Shown: positions 9,687 to 19,289 of the stretch, piece after piece
Layout: the number at the start of each line of letters is the position of its first letter
Numbering within the stretch: the stretch's first letter is position 1
From: Thermoproteus tenax Kra 1
Lineage (GTDB): Archaea > Thermoproteota > Thermoprotei > Thermoproteales > Thermoproteaceae
DNA: 32,000 nt
Direction of reading: 5' to 3'
Assembly: GCF_000253055.1 (NCBI RefSeq)
Contig: NC_016070.1
Coordinates: 1,410,001 to 1,442,000, forward strand
The notes under the pieces: generated by a model
Told to the model about the DNA's origin: nothing
The model's input: the letters and a program-made list of their open reading frames with translations, nothing else
Database searches by the model: none
Made by a program: the position numbers and the translations under genes

Positions 9687-10810
9687 CTCGTTATCACTAG
9701 ATCCCTCATTTCCTCCAATATGCTAGAGCCGGGGCCCGTGAAGTACTCCCGCACGGGCCTCAAAGCCTCCGTGAGTGCACTGGCCGTGGCCGCCTTGAGG
9801 TCGGCTGGATGTATTTGCCCGGCTACGTAGGCCCGCTCGAGTTCCTCATAGCTCCAGAACTCCAGCGGTCCTCCATACTTGGCAGGTCTCTCGATTATAA
9901 ACGGAGTTTTTCTCTCCTCTCTAAACGCCGCAATCCTAAGTATCTCCAACACGGGGTTATATTCGGCGTCTCTAGGCGGGCAGTACGCTCTAGAGATCTT
10001 CTCTTTGATCGCCTCAGGCGGATCGTGAACAAATATGGCGCTCTGGGGTATCGATTTCGACATCTTTAACTCGCTTAGCTCCTCCTTGCTTTTAGGTCTC
10101 TCAGATATATTCAATGCAGGCAACAATCTATGGTGGAGGGCCACCGGCTTTATCCTCCTGCCGTCGACTGTGAGCGGATAAAAGCGTATCTTAAGCGCGA
10201 CCTCTCTGGCCAATATGTGGGCCCTTCGCTGGTCTATGCCACCATGTGGTATATGAGCCTCTAAGGCGAAGACGTCGGCTACTTGAAGCGGCGGATAGAC
10301 TAAATACGCCAACGGCACCGACTCGCCCATCTTTCTGCCCAAGATCGTCAAACTGTGTCTCACCTCGGAGAGAGTCAAGTTTCTGACTATATCCATCAGA
10401 AGGAACCAGTATTCGTCATTGTTATGGTAGAGATCCGAGCCCAACACGAATCTGACGCCGTCGGGCTCGCCTCCCAGAGACTCTATTATCTTTTTGAAAG
10501 TTTCCTTGTAGTATGTCACAGCAACTTTACGTATTAGATCGAGATCTCCTCCAAGTTTATTGTTAAGCCACGAATGTATATCTGCTAGAAATATCGTCGG
10601 CTTAACGCCGGCCTTCTGCAAGTCGACGACCTTGGCCATGCTGACTAGGCCCGTCCCTATGTGGATGTAGCCCGATATCTCGAACCCTATGTAATGGTTC
10701 AACTTATATCCTGACTGAAAGTACTCCCTCAACTCGTCTAAAGTCAAGACCTCCTCTGTGGGATACCGCATTACCAAGCGTAGTCTCTCCTCTACATCCA
10801 CGTGCTTCAA
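9683..10810 (-). CDS. tyrS: Tyrosyl-tRNA synthetase
   Basis: Archaeal class I synthetase of TyrRS size; [38 protein letters not shown]. Confidence 0.88.
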   Translation of the reverse strand: MKHVDVEERLRLVMRYPTEEVLTLDELREYFQSGYKLNHYIGFEISGYIHIGTGLVSMAKVVDLQKAGVKPTIFLADIHSWLNNKLGGDLDLIRKVAVTYYKETFKKIIESLGGEPDGVRFVLGSDLYHNNDEYWFLLMDIVRNLTLSEVRHSLTILGRKMGESVPLAYLVYPPLQVADVFALEAHIPHGGIDQRRAHILAREVALKIRFYPLTVDGRRIKPVALHHRLLPALNISERPKSKEELSELKMSKSIPQSAIFVHDPPEAIKEKISRAYCPPRDAEYNPVLEILRIAAFREERKTPFIIERPAKYGGPLEFWSYEELERAYVAGQIHPADLKAATASALTEALRPVREYFTGPGSSILEEMRDLVITR

Positions 10811-10871
10811 AGAGCCACTAGATTAAAAGATTGAGTCATGAAAGTTCTTAACTACTCTGTGGACTTGCGCC

Positions 10872-11303
10872 ATGCCTGTTGCCGAGGATGTGATAATCGC
10901 GCGAGGTCACGTGAACATAAGGGCAACTAATCGACGGACGCTCGAGATAACTAAGGATCCCTATGTCACAAGCAGAGGCGACTGCATAGTGGCTTGTTGT
11001 GCCGACAAGGCCGGTCCGGACCTATCCCAGGAGGTTTTGGCTCTCTTGAGGTTGCGCGGCAATGTGATGGTCGAGATAGAGGTAGGCGGGCTCTCGGAGA
11101 TCATAATCGGCAAGACGCCCATGGCCGAACCCAGAAATCCGTACAGACTTGTGATCAGAAAGAGCAATTACGTCGATGACTCTACCTTGGCGGTGCAAGC
11201 CGATAAATCTGCCGCCGACCTTCCCCGACCTCTCGTGAGTCTGTTACGAAAGGGAATTATAGTGAGGGTTAAAGTAAGGGTATGGACATACGAGGGCTTT
11301 TAG
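10872..11303 (+). CDS. DUF371 family protein
   Basis: ARGHVNIRATNRRTLEITKDPYVTSRGDCIVA pattern. Confidence 0.8.
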   Translation: MPVAEDVIIARGHVNIRATNRRTLEITKDPYVTSRGDCIVACCADKAGPDLSQEVLALLRLRGNVMVEIEVGGLSEIIIGKTPMAEPRNPYRLVIRKSNYVDDSTLAVQADKSAADLPRPLVSLLRKGIIVRVKVRVWTYEGF

Positions 11304-11977
11304 TGAGAAAGGCCTTTCATATAATTGGAGTTATCCTATTGGCTACGCCCTTTTTGGCAGGGGTCTCTGAAAACTATATCTCGATCTACTATGCCCTATT
11401 GGCGTTAGTCGCTGGAGTGTTCTACTCTATACAGATCAAGAGACCTCAGCTCCTTCTGGAGTTGAGGGCAGATATCTTCAGGAGCCTTCAGAGCATGTTC
11501 GAGAACTTAGAGAGACTTGTGCCAGTACAGAGATCCGACTTGAAAATACAATATGACGAAATAATCATTATGATAGAGCGAGCTATCGAGGAGGCTGAGC
11601 GAGACTACGAGAAGCGCGGCGGCTATCTGGGGCTGTTGATGGGCGCCGTCGGCGTTCTTATATCCTATACTATATTTGGTTTTGTCTATCTGTTGCCCGC
11701 TATTATAGGCCTCGCTATATATGATACGTTCTCGGCTTTGGTGGGATCGGCGTTTGGCAGACACAGATTGCCGAGGGCTCACGCAACGGTAGAGGGCGTA
11801 TTGGGCGGATCTATTCCCACTTTTGTAGCGCTTATGTGGGCCAACTACGGCGTCTTGGGCTCGCTGATTATTACATTATTTGTCGTATTTGCCGAGGCGT
11901 ACGGAATAGAGGACAATCTAACTATACCCATAGCCGCCTCTCTGGCCGCCTTCTTAATGGCCAGAGCTCCTATCTGA
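11282..11977 (+). CDS. SEC59/dolichol kinase-like, CTP-dependent polyprenol kinase-type membrane protein
   Basis: Multiple TM segments; VRKAFHIIGVILL, AIYDTFSALVGSAFGRHRLPRAHATVEGVLGG. Confidence 0.7.
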   Translation: MDIRGLLVRKAFHIIGVILLATPFLAGVSENYISIYYALLALVAGVFYSIQIKRPQLLLELRADIFRSLQSMFENLERLVPVQRSDLKIQYDEIIIMIERAIEEAERDYEKRGGYLGLLMGAVGVLISYTIFGFVYLLPAIIGLAIYDTFSALVGSAFGRHRLPRAHATVEGVLGGSIPTFVALMWANYGVLGSLIITLFVVFAEAYGIEDNLTIPIAASLAAFLMARAPI

Positions 11978-12308
11978 CGAAATAGAACCCCTTTGCTCTA
12001 ACGCCCATTCTCCTAGCCGTCTTGGCCAACTCGACATCATCTGTTAAAAGCACACAACCTGTGTCAAGAGCCAATGCGAGGAGAGAGAGATCTGCGTCGC
12101 TTAAGTTTGGCGCCCTCAACTTAAGCGGCCTCACCCTCTTGTCGTCGACCTCTACGACCTCAATCCCTAAAAGTTCAAGGGCAGCTTGAGCTCTGGGGTC
12201 TTTGACCTCGTCCGCCACTTGTTTAGTCGTTAACAGACGCGAGCCAGTGAATATCCTCATATCCCGCGCATGAAACAGCGCGCTTGAGTCTATTACGTAG
12301 CAACTCAT
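11970..12308 (-). CDS. PIN domain protein, Nob1-like but without the usual C-terminal zinc ribbon
   Basis: YVIDSSALFH, LLTTKQVADEVKD, LSDADLSLLALA, LLTDDVELAKTARRMG; ends immediately after the PIN fold. Confidence 0.75.
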   Translation of the reverse strand: MSCYVIDSSALFHARDMRIFTGSRLLTTKQVADEVKDPRAQAALELLGIEVVEVDDKRVRPLKLRAPNLSDADLSLLALALDTGCVLLTDDVELAKTARRMGVRAKGFYFVR

Positions 12309-13033
12309 AGAGATATGAGGCGTTGACTTACTCGCTCATAATAGTCGAATTCGCCGAAAACGGCCAGATGTAGTCTCCTATCGCTTTTATTCACTACGAA
12401 CTCTCTGCCGTGCTCCTCCTCGTATCCGTCGCACGAGAGTTCGGCGTCGTTATACGTAGTGATCTCTATTGTCTCTGGCGGAACGACCAGAGGTCTTAAA
12501 TACAGAGTATATGGTGCAATAAACGAAATAATGAGGGCATCAAGCTTGACGTCCACTATGGGTCCGCCCGCCGAGACGGCGTAGCCCGTGGAACCGTGAG
12601 GAGTCGCTATCACAACGCCGTCGGCTCTTCCGCTTATAGAGAAAGAATTGCTCGATATTTTAAACATTAATAATTTTTTATAATTTAAATTTCTAATTAT
12701 TATTTCGTTTAATGCAAAACATTTCTTTGTATTTATTAATGAAAAATCTATTATATTGTAATTTTCTGCTGCAATCCGCTTAGCGATTTCCTCGAAGGAC
12801 ATCTCACCAACTCTTACAGTTCTATAGAAATTTATACGGCCGCCGCCGATATGAAAAACCAGCGAGTCTAATACGCAAGGGTATCTATGTATCGTCTCTA
12901 ACAACGTACCATCGCCGCCTAGAACCACGACCTTCTCTGGCTTATTAGAGCAGTCGAGCTCCGACGCGTTCAGCAGCGACTTCAGCTTCCTTGCCGCGTC
13001 GGCTAGATCGGCTCTATACGTTATTGCGATCAC
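12305..13033 (-). CDS. nadK: NAD kinase
   Basis: VVLGGDGTLLETIHR, GRADGVVIATPHGSTGYAVSAGGP. The listed start (13156) would overlap the tRNA-Ser gene; GTG at 13033 with an AT-rich TATA-like element near 13056 is preferred. Confidence 0.9.
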   Translation of the reverse strand: MIAITYRADLADAARKLKSLLNASELDCSNKPEKVVVLGGDGTLLETIHRYPCVLDSLVFHIGGGRINFYRTVRVGEMSFEEIAKRIAAENYNIIDFSLINTKKCFALNEIIIRNLNYKKLLMFKISSNSFSISGRADGVVIATPHGSTGYAVSAGGPIVDVKLDALIISFIAPYTLYLRPLVVPPETIEITTYNDAELSCDGYEEEHGREFVVNKSDRRLHLAVFGEFDYYERVSQRLISL

Positions 13034-13103
13034 GTAGATAACAATGTGCCTTAAATTTACGCTTAAGAAAAAGATTAATATCAAGCTATAGGCTAATCTG
13101 GAA

Positions 13104-13187
13104 GCCGGGGTGGCCGAGCGGCCCAAGGCGCGGGCCTGGAGAGTCCGTCCCCGCAAGGGGGCGTGGGTTCAAATCCCACCCCCGGCG
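13104..13187 (+). tRNA. tRNA-Ser (anticodon GGA), no intron
   Basis: Acceptor GCCGGGG/CCCCGGC, anticodon stem CGGGC-CTGGAGA-GTCCG, long variable arm, T-arm GTGGG-TTCAAAT-CCCAC, discriminator G. Confidence 0.97.
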
Positions 13188-13249
13188 TGAACATCCCTTG
13201 AATTTTAGTAAGTGCTAAACCCTAATTTGAACCCAGTGAGAGAATAGTA

Positions 13250-13334
13250 TGCGGGGGGTGGGATTCGAACCCACGCAGGCCTACGCCACAGGGTCTTGAG
13301 CCCTGCCCCTTTGACCTGGCTCGGGCACCCCCGC
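13250..13334 (-). tRNA. tRNA-Leu (anticodon CAA), no intron
   Basis: Acceptor GCGGGGG/CCCCCGC, anticodon stem CAGGG-CTCAAGA-CCCTG, variable arm, T-arm GTGGG-TTCGAAT-CCCAC, discriminator A. Confidence 0.97.
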
Positions 13335-13358
13335 CTGTCTAGTATTTTCTCCTCAGGA

Positions 13359-13859
13359 TTAAAATGTTTTCTCGCAACGCACATCCCTCTGTAATGCCTC
13401 CTTTACTGTAGTTCGCAGGCCGCGCCAATGGCTACCCTCCCAATATACTGAGCCACAATTGGGGCAGATCCAGCATCTGTTTGAGTATATTTTATGGCCC
13501 ACTAAAGCCTCAGCATCGCTACACGGCGCCTCTCTAAGGACTGTATTGCACTTAGGACATCTGCTCTCGACAAAAGGCTTCACATTCAACAGATGGATCA
13601 AGGCCGAGAGCCACTCCACATGGTCCTCGGTCAAGAGAAGGAGGGCGGGGCCGCGCCTCCTCTCGAACAACGCTCTATCTCTGGTGACTAACAGACAGCT
13701 GGTTCTAGCTAGCTCCTCGTCGGGGGCATCGCCGTACGCGGTATCTATGCCTATGATCCTCAGCCATCTGGCCAACCACCCCAACATTGCGTCGACGACG
13801 ACACAATTGGGCGCTGCACCGCCTTTGTAGCGACAGACCTCCCTGGGTCTCCGCGCCAT
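13359..13859 (-). CDS. Mut7-C RNase domain protein (PF01927 type)
   Basis: VVDAMLGWLARWLRIIGIDTAYG, LLVTRDRAL, C-terminal CPKC...CPNCGSVYWEGSHW. Confidence 0.88.
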   Translation of the reverse strand: MARRPREVCRYKGGAAPNCVVVDAMLGWLARWLRIIGIDTAYGDAPDEELARTSCLLVTRDRALFERRRGPALLLLTEDHVEWLSALIHLLNVKPFVESRCPKCNTVLREAPCSDAEALVGHKIYSNRCWICPNCGSVYWEGSHWRGLRTTVKEALQRDVRCEKTF

Positions 13860-13876
13860 GTCCGATGAGGGGGTCG

Positions 13877-15751
13877 TCACCAAGTTGAAAACATGGCCTT
13901 TATTTCTTCCCACGGCATTGGCTCGCCGGAGCCCCATTCCTGCACGCTGGAGGGCCCCGGCAACGCCATCACGAGGTCATCCAGGAGCCCCTCGGCGTCT
14001 AATCTCTTGGCTATATCCTTTGCCACCTTGCCTTTCTCAGAGGAGCCGGGGGTTACTACTACGTACCTATGGGCCAACATCTTGATCGACTTCTCAGGGG
14101 CCACCACTACACGTTTTATGTCTCCGTCTCTCCTTACGCCTATCGCCAACTCCAATCTGACGTGTCTTATGTAATTCCTGGTCCCATAGATCATGAAGGA
14201 GCCTCTGGCCAGATACTCCCCTGAGGGCGGCTGCTTGCTCACTTGGCTACCAAACACATAAAATACGTCGATTGAGTGTATGCCGGCCTTCCAAGCCTTG
14301 CTGTAGGACGCCGCAAACTGCGCTACCTCTAATAGCTCTAGTTGATCCTCAATGGGCCTTGTTATGACGACAGAGGCGCCGGGTATGTCCGCGTGAAAGA
14401 AGAGGTAGTTATCCCTCAGGTATTTCTTGACCAATATCTCGTTCTGCGAGGCGTCCCTCCCCCCGAGGACCGGGGTCTTTCTGCTGGTCGCAGTCCACCG
14501 GTATCTCTCGAACCACGACCTCTCCGCAACTCTCACGACTCCCTCCTTAATGGACCTCTCCAGCTCGGCTCTCTGTTCCTCCAATCGCTCTAACTCAGCC
14601 CTCAACCTCCTAAGGGTCTCCTCAGCTTTTTCAGCCTTCCTGAGATACTCTTTGGCCTTCTCGAACATAGACGATATCTGTTTCCCCACCGGCAGATCCA
14701 ACTTTACAACGAACTTAATGCCTGAGGTCTCCAATACGGCCTCCCTCCTCTTTCTGTCTACGTCAATTATACGTATACTTTCATTTTCGACATCGGTTGC
14801 AGTATTCAAACGGCCCATCAAGTCCTCCAGCTCGTACTTAATGTTCATCATAGTCTGGGCAATTCTCCTTAGTTCCTCCCCCTTCCTTCTATATTCCTCT
14901 ATTTCGACCTCAAGCGATTTTATTGTCTGCTCCAACTTCTGCCTCCTACTTGTGATGTTAGCAGTTTTCTTTTCGACGGCTTTCCTGAGCTCGATCTCAA
15001 TGAAGTATTTATCCAGGGCCTTCCAGAACGTGTCGAACTCCTCCGTTGCGTCCGCGTTGATTGAGATAAATCTGATGGGAGTTACGGTGACAGGCACGCC
15101 GTTTAAGACATACAGTGTAGGTCTCAGTTGGCCCAACGTGACCTCTCGTATTAGCTCCTCCAACACCGCGAGGGCCCTATCGGCGTTGCCCGAGGACCTC
15201 TGATAGACCTCCTCGGCGACCTCAGGCCCCAACCCGAGCTCTCTGGAGAGGGCCCTCCTCAAGTCTTTCCCCTCAGCTAGAGCTCTCAACGCAGCGTCCC
15301 TCTGGGCCAGGGGGTCGACGTAGGGCATGGGAGGATACGAGTAAGGCACGCCTGTTTTCAACTCTCTATCCTTACCCCTATAGTAGTGGTCCAGCCAGAC
15401 GATCTTGCCGCCTTTGACGGCTATCAAGTTGAAGGGCTTCAGCAGTTCCGCGATCAGGTCGACTTCACCGAACTTGAGCACCAAGATCTTGTCGAATCTC
15501 GGCACTGTTACATCGTCCAGCTTTTCATCGCGCAGGAGCCCCCTTAGCGTCTCGGCCCCTCTGTAGTCTCTCTCCCCCAACACTCCCGTCAACGACGCTC
15601 TGGTCTCGTCGATTATTAGATACGACCCTCCGGCGAACTTAAAGAGGTACCCCGACGGCGTTTTGTAAATGTTCTCCACGCGTCTGCCGATCAAATTCCT
15701 CATCTCTCTCGCCGAGGCGTAAAGATCGACTATCGTGAGAGACGTCTTCAT
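13877..15751 (-). CDS. NFACT family protein (Rqc2/RqcH/Tae2-like)
   Basis: N-terminal NFACT-N region, central coiled coil, WFERYRWTATSRKTPVLGGRDASQNEILVKKYLRDNYLFFHADIPGASVVI. Confidence 0.92.
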   Translation of the reverse strand: MKTSLTIVDLYASAREMRNLIGRRVENIYKTPSGYLFKFAGGSYLIIDETRASLTGVLGERDYRGAETLRGLLRDEKLDDVTVPRFDKILVLKFGEVDLIAELLKPFNLIAVKGGKIVWLDHYYRGKDRELKTGVPYSYPPMPYVDPLAQRDAALRALAEGKDLRRALSRELGLGPEVAEEVYQRSSGNADRALAVLEELIREVTLGQLRPTLYVLNGVPVTVTPIRFISINADATEEFDTFWKALDKYFIEIELRKAVEKKTANITSRRQKLEQTIKSLEVEIEEYRRKGEELRRIAQTMMNIKYELEDLMGRLNTATDVENESIRIIDVDRKRREAVLETSGIKFVVKLDLPVGKQISSMFEKAKEYLRKAEKAEETLRRLRAELERLEEQRAELERSIKEGVVRVAERSWFERYRWTATSRKTPVLGGRDASQNEILVKKYLRDNYLFFHADIPGASVVITRPIEDQLELLEVAQFAASYSKAWKAGIHSIDVFYVFGSQVSKQPPSGEYLARGSFMIYGTRNYIRHVRLELAIGVRRDGDIKRVVVAPEKSIKMLAHRYVVVTPGSSEKGKVAKDIAKRLDAEGLLDDLVMALPGPSSVQEWGSGEPMPWEEIKAMFSTW

Positions 15752-15767
15752 TCCAGCCGGAGGGAGA

Positions 15768-16640
15768 TCAGACTAGGCGTATGCCGTATTTTTCAAGGAT
15801 ATCCTTCATAAACAACGCATCTTGGTCCAATAGGGGGGACTCGCACACTATGGATATATTGATCTCTCTAACGCTCAACTCCTTGGCGAGAGGCTCGAAC
15901 GGAGGCCTGTTGACTGAGACGGGCTCATGCTCGTCGACATATCTCCCATTTCTGTATTTAACTGAGGTAAAGTGGGTATGCATAACTTCTTCGCCGAACG
16001 TGTCCTTCCACAGATCTAGGACGCTACCGTAATCGATCGACCCCCCGTTGCGCGCGAAGAGGTGGCCCCAGTCTACGACGGGTCTCACGCCCCTAAGCTC
16101 CTTGGCAAGCCCGAACGTCTCCTCAATGCTGCCGAACTGGTTGTTCCTCGCCGTAATCTCGACTCCGAGCACCACATCGTTTATGCCCTCCTCCTTCATG
16201 GAGTCCAGGAGTTCTCCGAGCCTCATCCTTACGTTATCGTAACATACATCGGGCCCTCCTTTACCGTAATAGGCAGCGTGAAATACTACTATCCAGGCGC
16301 CCATCCTATGGGCTCTATCGACAGAATCCCATAGCCTCTTCATCGAGGCCTCCACCTTCTCTTTATCGTCCGAGCAGAGGTTTATGAAGTAGGGCGCGTG
16401 GACGGACAACCTCACTCTAGCCTCTCTAGCCACCTCGCCCACCTTTTCGGCGGCCTCTGGGCTCATCCTCACTCCTTGGACAAACTCTACCTCCATTGCG
16501 TTCAAGCCCAACTCTCTGACCACTCTGACGCCGTCAGCTGTATCCTTAGCCTTTTTGATAAACTTAGGAATTCCAGCGGGGCCCAACCAGACCTTAGCCA
16601 TCAATAAAATCCCACGATCCCCCTTTAAAAAGAAGTACAA
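15768..16640 (-). CDS. nfo: Endonuclease IV-like xylose-isomerase-fold protein
   Basis: VRLSVHAPYFINL, VFHAAYYG, VLGVEITARNNQFGSIEETF, VVDWGHLFARNGG. Confidence 0.8.
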   Translation of the reverse strand: MYFFLKGDRGILLMAKVWLGPAGIPKFIKKAKDTADGVRVVRELGLNAMEVEFVQGVRMSPEAAEKVGEVAREARVRLSVHAPYFINLCSDDKEKVEASMKRLWDSVDRAHRMGAWIVVFHAAYYGKGGPDVCYDNVRMRLGELLDSMKEEGINDVVLGVEITARNNQFGSIEETFGLAKELRGVRPVVDWGHLFARNGGSIDYGSVLDLWKDTFGEEVMHTHFTSVKYRNGRYVDEHEPVSVNRPPFEPLAKELSVREINISIVCESPLLDQDALFMKDILEKYGIRLV

Positions 16641-17888
16641 ATGTGTTCTCGCATGATACCAGCGCCTGAGTTTGATAGATCATTGGGCATAGAACTGTAT
16701 ATGACTGACACAGAGCCGTGTGGGGGCAGGATTAAGGAAAGGCCAGAGGACTTCATCGTAGAAGAGGTCTTGGAGGGCGGACATTTGATTGCAATCTCGG
16801 GAGCTGAGCTGCCGCGCTCAAGGCCTGGGCCTTGGTTGCTTGTCCACGTAGTTAAACGGGATGTGGACACGTTGAAGCTTATAGAGGAGCTGAGAAAAAC
16901 GCTGAAGCTCAAGGGGGACGAGATTAAAATCGGCGGTATAAAGGACGCGAGAGCTGTGGCGTCCCACGTGATCTCTCTTTACAAAATAAGGCCAGAGGAT
17001 CTTCCCAGGATACCTGGCGTCGTCTACAAAGACTTCGCCTATGCTGACGCCCCTATAACTCCAGCGAGGATAGAAGGTAATAAATTCACAGTAGTAATCC
17101 GAGAGACCGACTGTGGTTGCGCGCTTAAGACGGCCGAGCTTCTGCGGAATGTCCCCATAGCTAACTACTACGGCTATCAGCGCTTCGGCACAATAAGGCC
17201 GACCTCTCACCTCTTGGGACGCGCCTTAGTGAAGAGGGATCCTGAAGAGTTCCTCAACGTAATGTTCTGTAAAATCTTCGAGGGAGAGTCTGAGTTGGTT
17301 AAGGAGGCTCGCCTTCTGGCATGTCGCGGCGACTACGACAAGGCCTTAGAAAAAATGCCGAAGTCCATGCTTGAGGAGAGGGCCCTTCTCAAAGCTCTGT
17401 CCTCAGGCCAGAGCCTGTGGAACGCCATAGCGGCGATTCCTCGCAATATTCTCAAAATATACCTAGAAGCGTATCAAGCGTATCTGTTCAATAGGATGTT
17501 GTCGTTAAGGCTGAGAGAGGGGATTGCCACTATGCCAGATGACTTAGTGATGTTGGGGAACTATCCAATATTGGCATCTCATGCCGGCGGCGCGGGTATA
17601 CCGGTTTTGCCGGTACCGGGCGCCGGCATCGTAGTGCCCGAGAGCAGAGCGAGGGAGTACCTCAGGAAGATCCTCCGCGAGGAGGGCCTAGAGCTTCAAG
17701 ACTTCGCCGCAGTTAGAGTGAGCGTGTCCGGCTCCTACAGAAGGGTCTTCGTAGAGCCTAGAGATCTAGCCTACAGTTGCAAGGGCGGTGAGATGACAAT
17801 ATCGTTTATATTGCCCAGAGGTAGCTATGCGACTTTGATACTTAGAGAGATCGTAAAGCCTCGGACGCCCCATCTGCACGGCTTCTAG
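16641..17888 (+). CDS. truD: tRNA pseudouridine synthase D
   Basis: GGRIKERPEDFIVEEV, IKIGGIKDARAVASH, YYGYQRFGTIRPTSHLLGRAL. Confidence 0.92.
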   Translation: MCSRMIPAPEFDRSLGIELYMTDTEPCGGRIKERPEDFIVEEVLEGGHLIAISGAELPRSRPGPWLLVHVVKRDVDTLKLIEELRKTLKLKGDEIKIGGIKDARAVASHVISLYKIRPEDLPRIPGVVYKDFAYADAPITPARIEGNKFTVVIRETDCGCALKTAELLRNVPIANYYGYQRFGTIRPTSHLLGRALVKRDPEEFLNVMFCKIFEGESELVKEARLLACRGDYDKALEKMPKSMLEERALLKALSSGQSLWNAIAAIPRNILKIYLEAYQAYLFNRMLSLRLREGIATMPDDLVMLGNYPILASHAGGAGIPVLPVPGAGIVVPESRAREYLRKILREEGLELQDFAAVRVSVSGSYRRVFVEPRDLAYSCKGGEMTISFILPRGSYATLILREIVKPRTPHLHGF

Positions 17889-17946
17889 TGTGCCCTAGAC
17901 TGAGATAAGGGGAGAAAGAGATATAGGCCATGGAACTTCATCAGAT

Positions 17947-18747
17947 GTGCTCCAGGTTTTGGGCCCCGACCAACTTCCAGATATACCTAATAAGGACGCA
18001 CTGCTGCTCCTCGCCGTCCATAGCTATATCCCAGTCCCCTCGAATCCCCGCCCGGAGATTATCGAGGCGGTCTTGGAGAGATTACAAGGCCGCGATATAA
18101 CTATAACTTTCTCTATGTCTAAAAGCTATTTCGAAAAGGCAGTAAAGATCCTAGGTCTCGAGAAGTTGGCGGCAAAATATAGGGCAAAGATCCTTCAAGT
18201 ACAGGGTAATGCAAGGGAGAGGCTAGAGCTACAATCGCCCACGGGCAAAAAGGTGGTAGTCAAAGCGCTTCAACAAGCTTTTGACGATTCTCTAATGAAG
18301 ATAGCATTGGCTATGCCAGTCAGTCATTCCCAGACAATCTTGTATTTGAGCATGCCCACGGCATCCCTCAATGTGATCGATCCAAAGGATCTCCAGAACT
18401 TATATGAGGGATTTAGACATCTCTATAAGTATATATCAGATATTTATAAACAAGAGAAAAATATAGTTTGTCTAATAGATGGAAAATTTGTCGTAGAGGG
18501 TGATGGGCCGGTCAAGGGCTTTCAGCGGTATTGGGGGCTAACGATCTACGGGGACAATTGCGGTGAGGTCGACTATGCGACAGCCTGGGGCCTCGGCGTT
18601 CAGCCTCTAGATATCGGCTATATATATTTCTACTTTGACGGGAGGGAACCCGCCATAGAAATGCCTAAGACGCTCGCGGAGAACAGAACTAAGATAAAAC
18701 TTTCCTCAAACGTCGGCATTCAGCTGAGCTGGAAGCGGCAACGCTAG
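17947..18747 (+). CDS. Divergent DUF362-like protein
   Basis: IDGKFVVEGDGPVKG...CGEVDYATAWGLGVQPLDIGYI resembles the DUF362 core; no cysteine-rich ferredoxin segment. Confidence 0.5.
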   Translation: MLQVLGPDQLPDIPNKDALLLLAVHSYIPVPSNPRPEIIEAVLERLQGRDITITFSMSKSYFEKAVKILGLEKLAAKYRAKILQVQGNARERLELQSPTGKKVVVKALQQAFDDSLMKIALAMPVSHSQTILYLSMPTASLNVIDPKDLQNLYEGFRHLYKYISDIYKQEKNIVCLIDGKFVVEGDGPVKGFQRYWGLTIYGDNCGEVDYATAWGLGVQPLDIGYIYFYFDGREPAIEMPKTLAENRTKIKLSSNVGIQLSWKRQR

Positions 18748-18805
18748 CTCAGCCCGTCCGTCGCCTATCACCTATCAGACACCAACGCGTCGCATCATCA
18801 ATAAA
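18745..18805 (-). ncRNA. C/D box sRNA candidate
   Basis: Minus strand: C TTGATGA (18801-18795), D' CTGA (18778-18775), C' GTGATAG (18771-18765), 12-nt guide GCGACGGACGGG, D CTGA (18752-18749). Confidence 0.88.
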
Positions 18806-18818
18806 TAAGAGGGGAAAA

Positions 18819-18828
18819 GTTATTAAAG
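18819..18828. promoter_or_regulatory. Putative shared TATA element (GTTATTAAAG) between the leftward sRNA and rightward rpl14
   Basis: Centre about 24 nt from the C box end at 18801 and 26 nt from the ATG at 18850. Confidence 0.55.
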
Positions 18829-18849
18829 TGAGGTACTGTGGAAGGGCGT

Positions 18850-19284
18850 ATGGCCAAGAGAGGCGGAAAGCGTCAGGTAGGAGCCGGCTACCGTTTCCAC
18901 GTGACTCCGGGCATCTTCCTGAACAGCGTAGTGCCCGTTGCAGACAACTCTGGGGCCAAGCTAGTGAGAGTCGTTGGAGTCGTTGGCCACATATCTAAAG
19001 GCACTCACAGGAGGGTCAAGGGCGCAGGCGTGGGAGATATGGTGGTTGTCGTGGTTAAGGAGGGGAAGCCGGAGATGAGGAAACAGCTGTTTAGAGCGAT
19101 CGTGGTCAGACAGCGCAAGCCCTTCAGGAGACCTGACGGAACATGGGTAGCGTTTGAGGACAACGCAGTAGTTCTGATAACGCCGGAGGGTGATCCCAAG
19201 GGCACTGAGATCAGAGGGCCTGTAGCGATGGAGGCGGCGCTTAGATGGCCCAGCATAGCTAATCTAGCCAGTATCGTGGTATAG
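18850..19284 (+). CDS. rpl14p: Ribosomal protein uL14 (L14p)
   Basis: [48 protein letters not shown]. Confidence 0.96.
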   Translation: MAKRGGKRQVGAGYRFHVTPGIFLNSVVPVADNSGAKLVRVVGVVGHISKGTHRRVKGAGVGDMVVVVVKEGKPEMRKQLFRAIVVRQRKPFRRPDGTWVAFEDNAVVLITPEGDPKGTEIRGPVAMEAALRWPSIANLASIVV

Positions 19285-19289
19285 ACAAG

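Noticed and set aside
13034-13156. N-terminal extension of the NAD kinase ORF
   Set aside because: It would overlap the tRNA-Ser gene on the opposite strand. GTG at 13033 with a proper TATA distance fits family length.
14427-15203. Antisense ORF (258 aa) inside the NFACT gene
   Set aside because: Ser/Leu/Phe-rich, mirrors the coiled-coil coding region of a clear homologue on the other strand.
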